64,000 bases of DNA from Planctomycetota bacterium (GTDB lineage: Bacteria > Planctomycetota > GCA-002687715 > CAIWVZ01), in the NCBI GenBank assembly GCA_044222185.1, contig JBGANV010000002.1:448001-512000 (forward strand). Direction: 5' to 3'. The notes below the pieces were generated by a model. That model was not told the origin of the DNA, ran no database searches, and was given only the letters and a program-made list of their open reading frames with translations. Each line of letters opens with the position of its first letter. The first letter of the stretch is position 1. Positions 1 through 8,721 of the stretch are shown here, in pieces. The translations under genes were made by a program, and so were the position numbers.

Positions 1-276
1 CTCGACGAACCGTTCGCCGGCCTCGATCCCGTGGCACGGGACGAACTCGTCCGCGGCGTCATCGGCGAACTTCGCGCCGAGTCACGAACGATCCTCGTCG
101 CGACGCACGACCTCGACGTCGCTGCGCGCCTTGCGGATCGCGTCGCATTCCTCGGCCAGGGACGGATTCAGCGCCTCGCGACCATGGACGAGATCACGAA
201 CGACGACGAGTCCACCGCCGCATCGCAGGCACTGCGAAGCGCATTCGAGCTGGCGACGACCGGAGCCCCGTCATGA
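1..276 (+). CDS. ABC transporter ATP-binding protein, 5'-truncated C-terminal part
   Basis: Frame 1 from base 1 reads LDEPFAGLDPVAR (Walker B/D-loop) and later ILVATHDL (H-loop); stop overlaps the next start (ATGA at 273-276). Confidence 0.9.
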   Translation, partial: LDEPFAGLDPVARDELVRGVIGELRAESRTILVATHDLDVAARLADRVAFLGQGRIQRLATMDEITNDDESTAASQALRSAFELATTGAPS

Positions 277-2222
277 GCCCCACGTTCACGTTCCTGTGGA
301 AGGAGTCACGCGAGAACCGCGCCACGCTGATCGCCATCGCGGCACTGATGCTCGTCGCCGTCACGGCGTTGTTCGTCGTCGCCAACCCGGCCACGCTCGC
401 CGGCAGCTCGGTGCCGTTCCTCGTGGCCGCCCTCGGCGTGCTCGCCGTGTCGCTGACGCTTGCGCCCAGCGTCGTACCGGCCGAAGCTTCCGGAGACGGT
501 GCGCGCTTCCTCTCGCGGCTGCCCATCAGTCCTGGGACCGTACTTCGCGGCAAGATGCTGTTCCTCGCGTGCTGCGCGCTCGGGGCCGCAACCGTCGGCT
601 TCGCCGTCGGACGCGTCGCCCAGGATCTCTTCCTCGCGAAACCCGACCCGCTCGTGGCTTCGTGGAACGATCTCGCTCTGCTCGCCCTTCCGTTCTTCAT
701 CCTCGGCTCGTGGATGCTGGCCATCTCCTGCTGGGTACCGCGGGCACTCGTCGTCATCCCGGCGATCGTCGTCATTGCGGTCGTCGTGGGGCTGCCCGTG
801 CATCTCGCTCTCGACGCTCGCGGACTCGTCGTCGGACGGGAGCGGTGGATCGTCGTCTGGGCGATCGCTGCCATCACGCCGGTGATCCTCACGGCAATCT
901 CCTGGTTCGGAGGAACGGGACGTGGAGACATCAAGCGGGGCGCACGGCGAGGAGTCGCCACGTTGTTCGTGTGCACCATTCCCGTTTGGGGCTGGGCCGG
1001 TTTGACCCGTTACGCGTTCGAAGTCTGCGATCCCCTGGGCCCGAGCGTGGGCATCGATGGAGCGTTCGTGTCGCCGGACTTCAAGCGGGCATTCCTCACC
1101 GTGATCACGGGCGAGGGCATGGGGATCACGTACTGCGTCGAGGCGGATCTCGAACGTGGGACCTGGCGTCAGGTCGGAGAACCAGGCGCTTCGTATCGAT
1201 CGATCGCCGCGATCGAGTTGCTCGACGGGTGGGACACGTTCGGCCCGCGAGCCCACGTGGTCCAGATGTCGAATCGTGGCGAGATCGGGATCGTCGACAC
1301 GAAGACCGCGGCACTCGTGCGCGTCCTGCCACCCAACAAACCCAGCATCACGATTCCTGACCTGCTTCGCGCCGACCTCCGCGGGTCGGCGCGCTTTCGT
1401 GATGCGGCGGGACACCGCGTCTGGAGCTGGGCGAATGGATTCGAACGTGAGCGGGACGATGGCTCCGTCGAGTTTCTATCCGTTCGAGATGACGCCGGCT
1501 CCGTGCGCTTTCCGATGTTCGGAGGGTGGATGAGGCCGCTGCAGCCGGGGACCCCTTCGCGCACGGCGGGGCGGAGATCCGCGTGGTTCGACCCGGTCCG
1601 ATTCGCCTACGTGCAAGACGACGTCCAGGGCCGCCGAACGACGTGGGGCGGTCTCGTCGGCGGCCGTTGGCTCCATCGATTCGTGGGTGACGACAAGCGC
1701 GTCGAGGAGTGGGCACTCGTCGATCCGACGACCGGCGCGCAGGCGACCGCGCACGGCATCGGACGCGACGATGAAGTCCTCAGCGTCGTGGACTCGAGCC
1801 GCGTCCTCGTGCAGTCCGGACCGACGTCCGCGACCGACGATCCGCGGCACGAGCTCGTCGACCCCGCGACAGGGGCCGCGGTCGTGCTCCGGGACTCGGC
1901 CGGTCGACCGTTCCGCGGAACCTTCGCCGCGGCGGGCCTGGACCGGCTCCGCCCGATTCATGCTCCGACGGGCGGAATCCTCATGCACGTGAACACGTCT
2001 GACGGCATCCGGCTGGCCCGCCTCGATTTCGACGGCGTGGTGCTCGTTGCCGGAGGCGCGGCCGTCGTCGCCGACGGACCAGGAGGTGACGGGTGGAGGC
2101 TGCGGCCGCTCGCCTGCGACTCGCAGGATTCGGTGATCGTGCTCGTGGACGGGCGCCAGATCTTCCGTCTGCACTTCGGCGATGATCGCTGCGAGCTCCT
2201 CTGGCCCCGTCGCCGAGAGTGA
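273..2222 (+). CDS. ABC-2 type permease-like membrane protein with large C-terminal soluble (probably beta-rich) domain
   Basis: N-terminal FLWKESRE start, about 7 hydrophobic segments, EASGDGARFLSRLPIS...GK motif typical of ABC-2 permeases; coupled to the ABC ATPase. Confidence 0.7.
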   Translation: MSPTFTFLWKESRENRATLIAIAALMLVAVTALFVVANPATLAGSSVPFLVAALGVLAVSLTLAPSVVPAEASGDGARFLSRLPISPGTVLRGKMLFLACCALGAATVGFAVGRVAQDLFLAKPDPLVASWNDLALLALPFFILGSWMLAISCWVPRALVVIPAIVVIAVVVGLPVHLALDARGLVVGRERWIVVWAIAAITPVILTAISWFGGTGRGDIKRGARRGVATLFVCTIPVWGWAGLTRYAFEVCDPLGPSVGIDGAFVSPDFKRAFLTVITGEGMGITYCVEADLERGTWRQVGEPGASYRSIAAIELLDGWDTFGPRAHVVQMSNRGEIGIVDTKTAALVRVLPPNKPSITIPDLLRADLRGSARFRDAAGHRVWSWANGFERERDDGSVEFLSVRDDAGSVRFPMFGGWMRPLQPGTPSRTAGRRSAWFDPVRFAYVQDDVQGRRTTWGGLVGGRWLHRFVGDDKRVEEWALVDPTTGAQATAHGIGRDDEVLSVVDSSRVLVQSGPTSATDDPRHELVDPATGAAVVLRDSAGRPFRGTFAAAGLDRLRPIHAPTGGILMHVNTSDGIRLARLDFDGVVLVAGGAAVVADGPGGDGWRLRPLACDSQDSVIVLVDGRQIFRLHFGDDRCELLWPRRRE

Positions 2223-2348
2223 GCCCGGACCCCGGTCGCAGCGCGGCCTCCTTTTGGCACCGGTGCTGGGCAGGATTCCGCCGCCCCCGTTTGACGCCGT
2301 GTGCATTCCAGGCGATGCTCGCGCGCGGTCGTCGAAAGGGAGGCACGA

Positions 2349-3635
2349 ATGCGTTTGTTCATCGGTTACGTCATGGGGTTCGCGATCGCGGCTCCGATCG
2401 TCTGCCAGGCACCGAAGTACGAGAAACTGGAGGCAGAGGCGCTGGAGAAGATCCGAGCGACCTGGATCGACACCGCGAAGAAGGCGATGGAAGCGAACCA
2501 CGAGCGCCTCGGGCTGCGCGCGCTCGACGAGGCGCATCTGGCGGGAGCGACGCCGGAGGCCGTGAAGGACCTGGAGCCGCAGACCCTCAAAGCGAGGCGC
2601 CTGGAAGTCCCAAAGGACGCGCCGGGTGCGGCCGATCTGCTGAAGGCCGCGCGCATCGCGGACGGCGCGGCGGTGCAGCCGCTCCTTGCCCTTCAACCAC
2701 CGGCTGCGGCGGGACAGCGCTTCAACGAGCACCTCGTCCGCGGGCTCCTGGCCGAGCCAGGGAATGCCAAGCTCACCGCGCTGTACCAGAAGCGCACGGC
2801 GGCGGCGCTGGCGTCCAAGGATTGGTCCGCGCTGCGGTCCCTGGTGATGCGGGCCGCTGAGGTCGACCCCGATGGCTACAAGGCGGGGAAGTACAAGTCG
2901 GCGGAACAAACGCTCGTCAAGAACGGCGGCCTCGTCGTGCAGGGGCAGGAGCATCCCATGCAGGCCTATGTCGTCCTGCCGGACGATTGGACGCCGAAGA
3001 AGACCTGGCCCCTGTTCGTGTCGATTGCCGGCGCGAACTGTGCGTACGACTCGCTGCTCGCGGAACTCACCAAGAAGGCGGCGAAGAAGCCCTACATCCT
3101 CGTCGTGGCGATGACTCTGTCGAATGCGAACGAGCTGCCGTTCGGGAAAGTGCCCTACCCCAAGATCATGGTCGATCGGTTCGGCGACATGCAGACTCGA
3201 CCGGCGCGCATGACCTGGGACATCACCGGGCTCGAGAGCGTGCTCGCCGAAATCCGACGGCGGTACGCGGGCGAAGAGCCGTTCTTCATGACGGCGTACT
3301 CCGGTGGCGGCTTCTTCCTGCATTACTGGATCCAGCATCACGCCGACCAGCTCGTCGGGGCGTGCTGCGCGTCGACCAACTACGACGCGTGGATCGAGTT
3401 CGAGGCCACGAACCCATCCAACGGTGGATGCCCGATCCTCATCGTCACCGGGTCGAAGGACGAGGCGGGCCCACCCCGCATCTTTCCCCAGTGCGATCAG
3501 GCCGAGAAGCGATTGAAGGAGATGGGCTTCACCCAGGTCGAACGCAAACATCTGCCCAACCGAGATCACGAGGCATATTTCGAGTTCGGGCTGGAGCTCC
3601 TCGACAAGATCCGAGCGTCGGCGAAGAAGAAATGA
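2349..3635 (+). CDS. Secreted alpha/beta-hydrolase-fold protein (esterase/peptidase-like)
   Basis: ATG at 2349 after GGAGG; signal peptide MRLFIGYVMGFAIAAPIVC; YVVLPDDW..KKTWPLFV motif, nucleophile elbow AYSGGG, downstream GSKD and DHE candidates for Asp/His. Confidence 0.7.
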   Translation: MRLFIGYVMGFAIAAPIVCQAPKYEKLEAEALEKIRATWIDTAKKAMEANHERLGLRALDEAHLAGATPEAVKDLEPQTLKARRLEVPKDAPGAADLLKAARIADGAAVQPLLALQPPAAAGQRFNEHLVRGLLAEPGNAKLTALYQKRTAAALASKDWSALRSLVMRAAEVDPDGYKAGKYKSAEQTLVKNGGLVVQGQEHPMQAYVVLPDDWTPKKTWPLFVSIAGANCAYDSLLAELTKKAAKKPYILVVAMTLSNANELPFGKVPYPKIMVDRFGDMQTRPARMTWDITGLESVLAEIRRRYAGEEPFFMTAYSGGGFFLHYWIQHHADQLVGACCASTNYDAWIEFEATNPSNGGCPILIVTGSKDEAGPPRIFPQCDQAEKRLKEMGFTQVERKHLPNRDHEAYFEFGLELLDKIRASAKKK

Positions 3636-3665
3636 TCCGATCCGTCGCCCCCTCGCGGGCTCGGC

Positions 3666-3708
3666 TTGACACGCCCATCAGTCCGTGATTATATAAGCCA
3701 TGACTTAT
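3666..3708 (+). promoter_or_regulatory. Sigma70-like promoter and inverted-repeat operator for the ArsR operon
   Basis: TTGACA at 3666-3671, AT-rich TTATATAA at 3689-3696, and ATAAG-N6-CTTAT inverted repeat (3693-3708) overlapping the ArsR ATG at 3700; no RBS, consistent with a leaderless autoregulated transcript. Confidence 0.65.
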
Positions 3709-4020
3709 GAACAGACGCTCGCCGCGTTGGCCGACGGCACGCGGCGGCGACTCTTCGAACGCCTGGGCCGACGCGATCACACCGTGGGTGAACTGGCGAG
3801 CGAGCTGGGGATCTCCCAGCCCGCCGTGTCGCAGCACCTGCGCGTGCTCGAGGAAGCGAGCCTGGTCCTGAACCGCCCCGAGGGCGCGCGCCGGTACTAC
3901 CGGGCAAGTCCCGAGGGTCTGGCCGAGCTTCGTCGTTACCTCGAGTCCCAGTGGGATCAGGTCCTCGGCGCGTTTGCGGAGCAGAAACCCAAGGTGAAGT
4001 CGAAAGGCCGCAAGCGATGA
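3700..4020 (+). CDS. ArsR/SmtB family transcriptional regulator
   Basis: ALADGTRRRLFERL...TVGELASELGISQPAVSQHLRVLEEASLV...EGARRYY winged-HTH signature. Confidence 0.95.
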   Translation: MTYEQTLAALADGTRRRLFERLGRRDHTVGELASELGISQPAVSQHLRVLEEASLVLNRPEGARRYYRASPEGLAELRRYLESQWDQVLGAFAEQKPKVKSKGRKR

Positions 4021-4595
4021 TTGCCGACCCGAGTCGGGAGACCCTTCCTCCGATCGTGCGCGAAGTGCGCGTGGCGTGGGACCCAGCGACGGCGTTTGCG
4101 AAGTTCACGCGCGACTTCGCGGCGTGGTGGCCCAGCGCGACGCATTCCGTGGGCGGCGATCGGGTCGAGCGCATCGTGTTCGAACCGCGCATGGGCGGAC
4201 TGATCTTCGAGCAGCACGTCGACGGGCGCCGGTTCCAGTGGGGAAGGGTTTGCGGGTGGGATCCGCCGCGAAGCGTCCGATTCTCGTGGCACCCATCCCG
4301 CGACGAGTCGACGGCGCAGGACGTTCTCGTCGAGTTCCTGCCGGCGGACGAAGGGACGACCGTTCGTCTGACGTCCGACGGCTGGGAGCGCTTCGACGCG
4401 GACCCGCGACAGGCACGCCGCGGACGCAAGGGCTACGACATGGGCTGGGGTTACATCCTGAACCTGTGGGCAGGCAAGCGAACGCTCGGCATGCGCATGC
4501 TCGACGGACTTGTCGTGATCCTGACGGCGTTGCAGAAGCTTCGCGGCGGGCGCGCCGCGACGATCGCCAAGGCGCGTGGTGAGCTGACGAGCTGA
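4017..4595 (+). CDS. SRPBCC/AHSA1 (START-like) domain protein
   Basis: ATGA overlap with ArsR; AFAKFTRDFAAWWP, FEPRMGG, WDPPRSVRFSW, GTTVRLT..GWE, GW motifs. Confidence 0.9.
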   Translation: MIADPSRETLPPIVREVRVAWDPATAFAKFTRDFAAWWPSATHSVGGDRVERIVFEPRMGGLIFEQHVDGRRFQWGRVCGWDPPRSVRFSWHPSRDESTAQDVLVEFLPADEGTTVRLTSDGWERFDADPRQARRGRKGYDMGWGYILNLWAGKRTLGMRMLDGLVVILTALQKLRGGRAATIAKARGELTS

Positions 4596-4668
4596 GGCTC
4601 GCGCGCCGGCCGACCGTTCTTGCGCCGTGGGTGTCGTACACTGCGCGTCTTCCCTCCGGAGACAGCGC

Positions 4669-5127
4669 ATGCCGACGACCACACGAAACCCCGGCGACAT
4701 CTATCCGTCCTTGACGTACGACGATGCCGCCGCCGCCATCGATTGGCTCTGCCGCGCGTTCGGATTCGAGAAGAGGCTCGTCGTCCCGGGCCCGGATGGA
4801 ACGATCAAGCACTCCGAGCTTTCGCTGGGTGGTGCCGTCGTCATGGTGGGCTCGCCCAGACCGGCGGCCGGTCGAGTGAGCCCACGCAGTCTGGGAGGCG
4901 TGTGTCAGGCTCTCTGCGTCCACGTCGACGATGCGGACGCGCATTTCGCGCGCGCCAAGGCGGCCGGGGCTCAGATCCTCCAACCCGTCAAGGACGAGGA
5001 CTACGGATCGCGCGGCTACATGGCGAAGGACCTGGAAGACCACCAGTGGTACTTCGGCACCTATCGTCCGGGCGAACACTGGACGGAAACCCCGGTGGAC
5101 GGAGCGCCGCTCGAACCGCAGCGATAG
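4669..5127 (+). CDS. VOC (glyoxalase/bleomycin resistance, PhnB-like) family protein
   Basis: IYPSLTYDDAAAAIDWLCRAFGF...HSEL...VHVDDADAHFARAKAAGA...DEDYGSRGYMAKDLEDHQWYFG. Confidence 0.92.
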   Translation: MPTTTRNPGDIYPSLTYDDAAAAIDWLCRAFGFEKRLVVPGPDGTIKHSELSLGGAVVMVGSPRPAAGRVSPRSLGGVCQALCVHVDDADAHFARAKAAGAQILQPVKDEDYGSRGYMAKDLEDHQWYFGTYRPGEHWTETPVDGAPLEPQR

Positions 5128-5368
5128 CGAGGATGAGCGGGCCGCCACCCCAGTCCGAACGACTCTGGCTTCTACTGGACGGAGACCCTGGGCGACGGAG
5201 CGCCGCTCGAACCGCAGCGCATCGAGGACGAGCGGCCGGATCGCTGGACGACCGCAGCGAAGCGGAGGCGTCCGGTCCGTCCGACGTCGGGACGCAGCCG
5301 GCACACGAGGATCAAGCGCCCGCGATTGCGTAAGCGCGCGACGACCGCGCCATCACCCCAGTCCGAAC
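5078..5368. repeat. Imperfect direct repeats between convergent genes
   Basis: ~65-bp unit ACTGGACGGA.ACCC.GG..GACGGAGCGCCGCTCGAACCGCAGCG... at 5078-5144 and 5174-5238, degenerate third copy near 5244-5268; exact 15-mer CACCCCAGTCCGAAC at 5146-5160 and 5354-5368. Confidence 0.75.
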
Positions 5369-7410
5369 AACTTCTGCGTGTCGATGTGACGCACCCCGGC
5401 GCCGTTGGCGGTCGCCACCTCGACCATGTTCTCGGTTCCACCCGGCCCGTCACCGACGGCCCCGTTCCACAACGCGATGAGGACGACCGACGCCGCTGGG
5501 TCCGACAAACCATGGTGCAGGGTCCAGAGGTTGTTGCGATTCCAGATCGTGTACTGGGGTTTGTTCACGAGCCATGCGGGGAGGATCTTCGAGTCGCTGA
5601 GGATTCTCGGAGGTGAACAACGACAGATTGCGTCGAACCGTTCGACCCACCCGGGGCCCGAGTCGGCCACGGACTGCCGGATGTAGCTGTTGCGGTCGAG
5701 CGCGAGGAGAACCGTGGTCGGTATGCCGACCTCGCCGCAGACCTCGTGGAAGAGGATGTCGCCGCCGCTCGCTCCTCCCGAGAATCCGTGCACCGTCTGC
5801 CCTGCGGCTTTCGCCGTGCGCACGACCGCTTCGACCTGCTCCCGGATCGCGGAGCGGGCGACCCCCTCCATCGCGGCCGGGAATCTGGGCACCTTCCTTC
5901 CGGGTGCGTCGATGCGATGACCCGTGAAGACGATGTGGAGCTTGAGCTGTTGGGCGGCGGTGACCGGAATCGTTGCCGCGAGATCCACCGGTTCGGCACC
6001 GAGGCCTTTGAGTCCCGCGCGAGCCCGGTCAACCCGGACTCCGAGGTGAACGAAGATCGAGAGCTGGCGTGCGGCAGCAGACGGGTTGAAGCCCCGCGGC
6101 GCACTTTGGCCCGCCGGCGGTCTGGCGAGGTGCGCCGCGGCGGTGCGGTAGAGCGATCGCACGGACTCCGGCGTGGCGTCGCCGAAGGCTGCCGCCGCGT
6201 CGCCCCGGCTGAGCTCGATCCAGTCGTCGTTCGGATCCAGGGCGTGCGCGTGATCGAGCCCGACGGCGACGACGGCGGCGAGACGCTGGGCATCCTCGAG
6301 AATCTGCGTGGTTGCCGTCTGCGCAGCGTCGTCTCCGCCGTTGAGACTCGCCCAGAGGTCGGCCTGAGCGGCCGCAAGTCCCGCACGCAGTGAGAGCAGC
6401 GCCACGGCGTTGAGCGCCGCGAAGTAGTTGTTGAGGTTGGTCTTCGCACCCTCCGCGTAGGAATCGAGGGCTCGTTGCAGGCGGGCCGACTCGAGCGCGA
6501 GTCGCTGACGCTCGGGAAGCGTGGCGGCGGTTGCCCATTCGAGGATCCAGTCCGCCTTCTCGTTACTGCCCCGCAGCGCGAGGGTCTCGGATCGCTCCGC
6601 CGGTGTCAACGGCGACTGCAGCAGCCGCTCGAGGACGGCGTCCGATGCCGCGCGATCGCCTATCTTCTGGTCGATGGTCGCGAGCCGTTGAAGCGTCTCG
6701 ACGTCAGTCGGCCGGCGATCGCGAATCATCGTGTAGGTGCGCCGGGCATTGACGAGGTCGTTGATCTTGAACTGCGTTTCGGCCACGTGTCTCAGGCCGG
6801 GAATCGCCCAGCTCAGATCCGAAAGCTCGTCGGCAAACAGCGAGAGTCGAACCGTGTCGCGCGAGGTACGGGCATCCGCGACCTCGTCGAAAAAACTCGA
6901 ATCCGGGCGCACGTGGGCGGTTGGATCGAAGGACCCGAGCTCGGGCATCAGATCGTGAACCGGACTGTCCGTGCGTTCCGCCTGGACCGTCGCGAGGATC
7001 ACGTCCGCCAGATCGTCGACAGATCGGGCGGGTTCGACCGGCGAGTAGTCGAGGTAGCGGTCCGTGCGCAGGTCGAAAGGGACGTCGTCGCCCTTGCAGC
7101 GAATCAGAACCGTCGCGCGGTTGCGGAGCGCGTGGCGGATGCCCAGCTCGTAGTAGACGTTCGCGTTGTGGATCGACACGTCGGCGATGACGAGATCTGC
7201 GAGGAGCAGCTCCTGGAACATGTCACGCCGAATGCTGCCAGCTTGGAGGATCGGGATCGTCGTCGCGGCGAACACGCGCTGGGCCGACGCGCGCTCGAAC
7301 TTCCGAATCGCGGGCTGGATGAGCAGTGACTCGACCGCATCGAAGTCGACCTCGAGCTTCTGATCCGACGTCTTGCGGGATCCAAACGGGCGGACGATGA
7401 AGACGTGCAT
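5353..7410 (-). CDS. Multidomain protein: nucleoside 2-deoxyribosyltransferase/TIR-like N-terminus, TPR-like (MAP3K TRAF-binding/DUF4071-like) middle, SLOG-like C-terminus
   Basis: Start MHVFIVRPFG at 7410, one nt after the patatin stop; ADLVIADVSIHNANVYYELGIRHA..PFD motif; helical middle with NYFAALNA; C-terminal VFTGHRIDAPGR..PRFP, GGASGGDILFHE, LIALWNG..GDGPGGT typical of SLOG folds. Confidence 0.75.
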   Translation of the reverse strand: MHVFIVRPFGSRKTSDQKLEVDFDAVESLLIQPAIRKFERASAQRVFAATTIPILQAGSIRRDMFQELLLADLVIADVSIHNANVYYELGIRHALRNRATVLIRCKGDDVPFDLRTDRYLDYSPVEPARSVDDLADVILATVQAERTDSPVHDLMPELGSFDPTAHVRPDSSFFDEVADARTSRDTVRLSLFADELSDLSWAIPGLRHVAETQFKINDLVNARRTYTMIRDRRPTDVETLQRLATIDQKIGDRAASDAVLERLLQSPLTPAERSETLALRGSNEKADWILEWATAATLPERQRLALESARLQRALDSYAEGAKTNLNNYFAALNAVALLSLRAGLAAAQADLWASLNGGDDAAQTATTQILEDAQRLAAVVAVGLDHAHALDPNDDWIELSRGDAAAAFGDATPESVRSLYRTAAAHLARPPAGQSAPRGFNPSAAARQLSIFVHLGVRVDRARAGLKGLGAEPVDLAATIPVTAAQQLKLHIVFTGHRIDAPGRKVPRFPAAMEGVARSAIREQVEAVVRTAKAAGQTVHGFSGGASGGDILFHEVCGEVGIPTTVLLALDRNSYIRQSVADSGPGWVERFDAICRCSPPRILSDSKILPAWLVNKPQYTIWNRNNLWTLHHGLSDPAASVVLIALWNGAVGDGPGGTENMVEVATANGAGVRHIDTQKLFGLG

Positions 7411-7411
7411 G

Positions 7412-8590
7412 TCAGGGCTTCCCGAGGAACGAACCGAAGTGGGCGGGGTCGACCTGGGCGGCGAGCCGTTGCCCCACGTGTCGGAGGTCGTCCATGTGCT
7501 CGGTCGAATCGAGCTTGGCAATCTTCTCGGGGTTGATGTCGGGTCGCGCACCGATCTCCTTCAGTCCGGCGTTCGAGAGTTCGACGTCGTAGCGAATGTA
7601 TGTGAACGCGCGGCCTTGGTCCTTCGAAAGAGGAAGGACGGCGCCGAAGTCATCGCGGATGACGAGGTCCCCGACTTCGCGGTCGAGAGGGCGCCCATAG
7701 GTGCAACGTCCGATCGTGCGGCAGGCGAGATCCTGGTCGAACGCCGCCTGGTTCATGAGAGCCAGAAGTGTGTTGAGTGCATCGGCAGCGACGTTGTGAT
7801 CGGGGTCGTCGCCCGGAGCTCCGATGTGGGGTGCGCAGCCGGTGCCGATCGAAACGACGAGGAGGTTCTTCTCTCCGCGCGGCCACTCGAGGCGGTACAT
7901 GGGCTCGGTCGCCATGCGGTACATGACGAAGGCCGGGTTGTTGTAGGCGGTCGTGCCGCCGTCGACGAACCGGAAGGTCTTTCTCGTATCCCGCGGATCC
8001 CAGCTCACCGCCTCAGGCGGGAAGTAGATCGGCGCCGCAGTGCTCGCGCGGACGATCTGCCAGAGCGGAACCTGGAGATTGCAATCGGGCCGGTCGGGCG
8101 CGTTGTACTTCGCGGACGGGTTCGTCGAGAGCAGCCACGCCGAGTCGGTGGAGTGATTGCGCGTCACCACGAGCATCAGGCATTGGAGGTCTTGCGGGTG
8201 CAGGGTCGTGCGGGGTCCGAACACCTCCTGCAACTTCTCCTGAAGTCCGTCCTTCTCGTAGAGGCTCTTCCACCGTTCGAACAGGCTCCGCTTCTGGAAC
8301 ACCGCCTTGCCGAACTCCGCATAGAAGTCGCGCATGGCGGTCACCGACATGCCTCGCGCGAAGCCCGCCGCGAGGATCGCCCCCGTGCTCGTTCCAGCGA
8401 TGTAATCGAAGAAGTCGCACAGGCGTGTCTGCGGACCCCAGTTGTCCTGGATCAGCTTCTCGATGCGCATGAGCACTTCGAGCGTGAGCACTCCGCGAAT
8501 GCCGCCGCCGTCGAGTGCGAGCATCCGCCGCGGGCGCGGCGTGCTGTAACGGTCGGCAAGATGACCCCAGAGCTTCCAGTCCGTCTTCAT
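7412..8590 (-). CDS. Patatin-like phospholipase
   Basis: LALDGGGIRG oxyanion motif, GTSTG catalytic Ser, ASTAAPIYF, VDGG catalytic Asp, LLVVSIGTG; ATG at 8590 with GAGGGAG RBS. Confidence 0.93.
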   Translation of the reverse strand: MKTDWKLWGHLADRYSTPRPRRMLALDGGGIRGVLTLEVLMRIEKLIQDNWGPQTRLCDFFDYIAGTSTGAILAAGFARGMSVTAMRDFYAEFGKAVFQKRSLFERWKSLYEKDGLQEKLQEVFGPRTTLHPQDLQCLMLVVTRNHSTDSAWLLSTNPSAKYNAPDRPDCNLQVPLWQIVRASTAAPIYFPPEAVSWDPRDTRKTFRFVDGGTTAYNNPAFVMYRMATEPMYRLEWPRGEKNLLVVSIGTGCAPHIGAPGDDPDHNVAADALNTLLALMNQAAFDQDLACRTIGRCTYGRPLDREVGDLVIRDDFGAVLPLSKDQGRAFTYIRYDVELSNAGLKEIGARPDINPEKIAKLDSTEHMDDLRHVGQRLAAQVDPAHFGSFLGKP

Positions 8591-8721
8591 CGTCGTGACT
8601 CCCTCTTGTGCGCGCTCCGTGCATTCGTGGGAGAACCGGGTCGAAACCTGGAATGCTGCGGCGCGGCGAGGTCGTGATCCTACACGAGCACTGGGGGAGT
8701 CCGCGCCGGATCCCGCCCGCG

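Noticed and set aside
5078-5268. CRISPR array
   Set aside because: Only two or three diverged ~65-bp copies, one inside a coding region, with no regular repeat-spacer pattern and no cas genes.
7412-8590. Canonical CBASS call based on the patatin
   Set aside because: No CD-NTase or Cap2/Cap3 neighbours; reported instead as a distinct candidate module.
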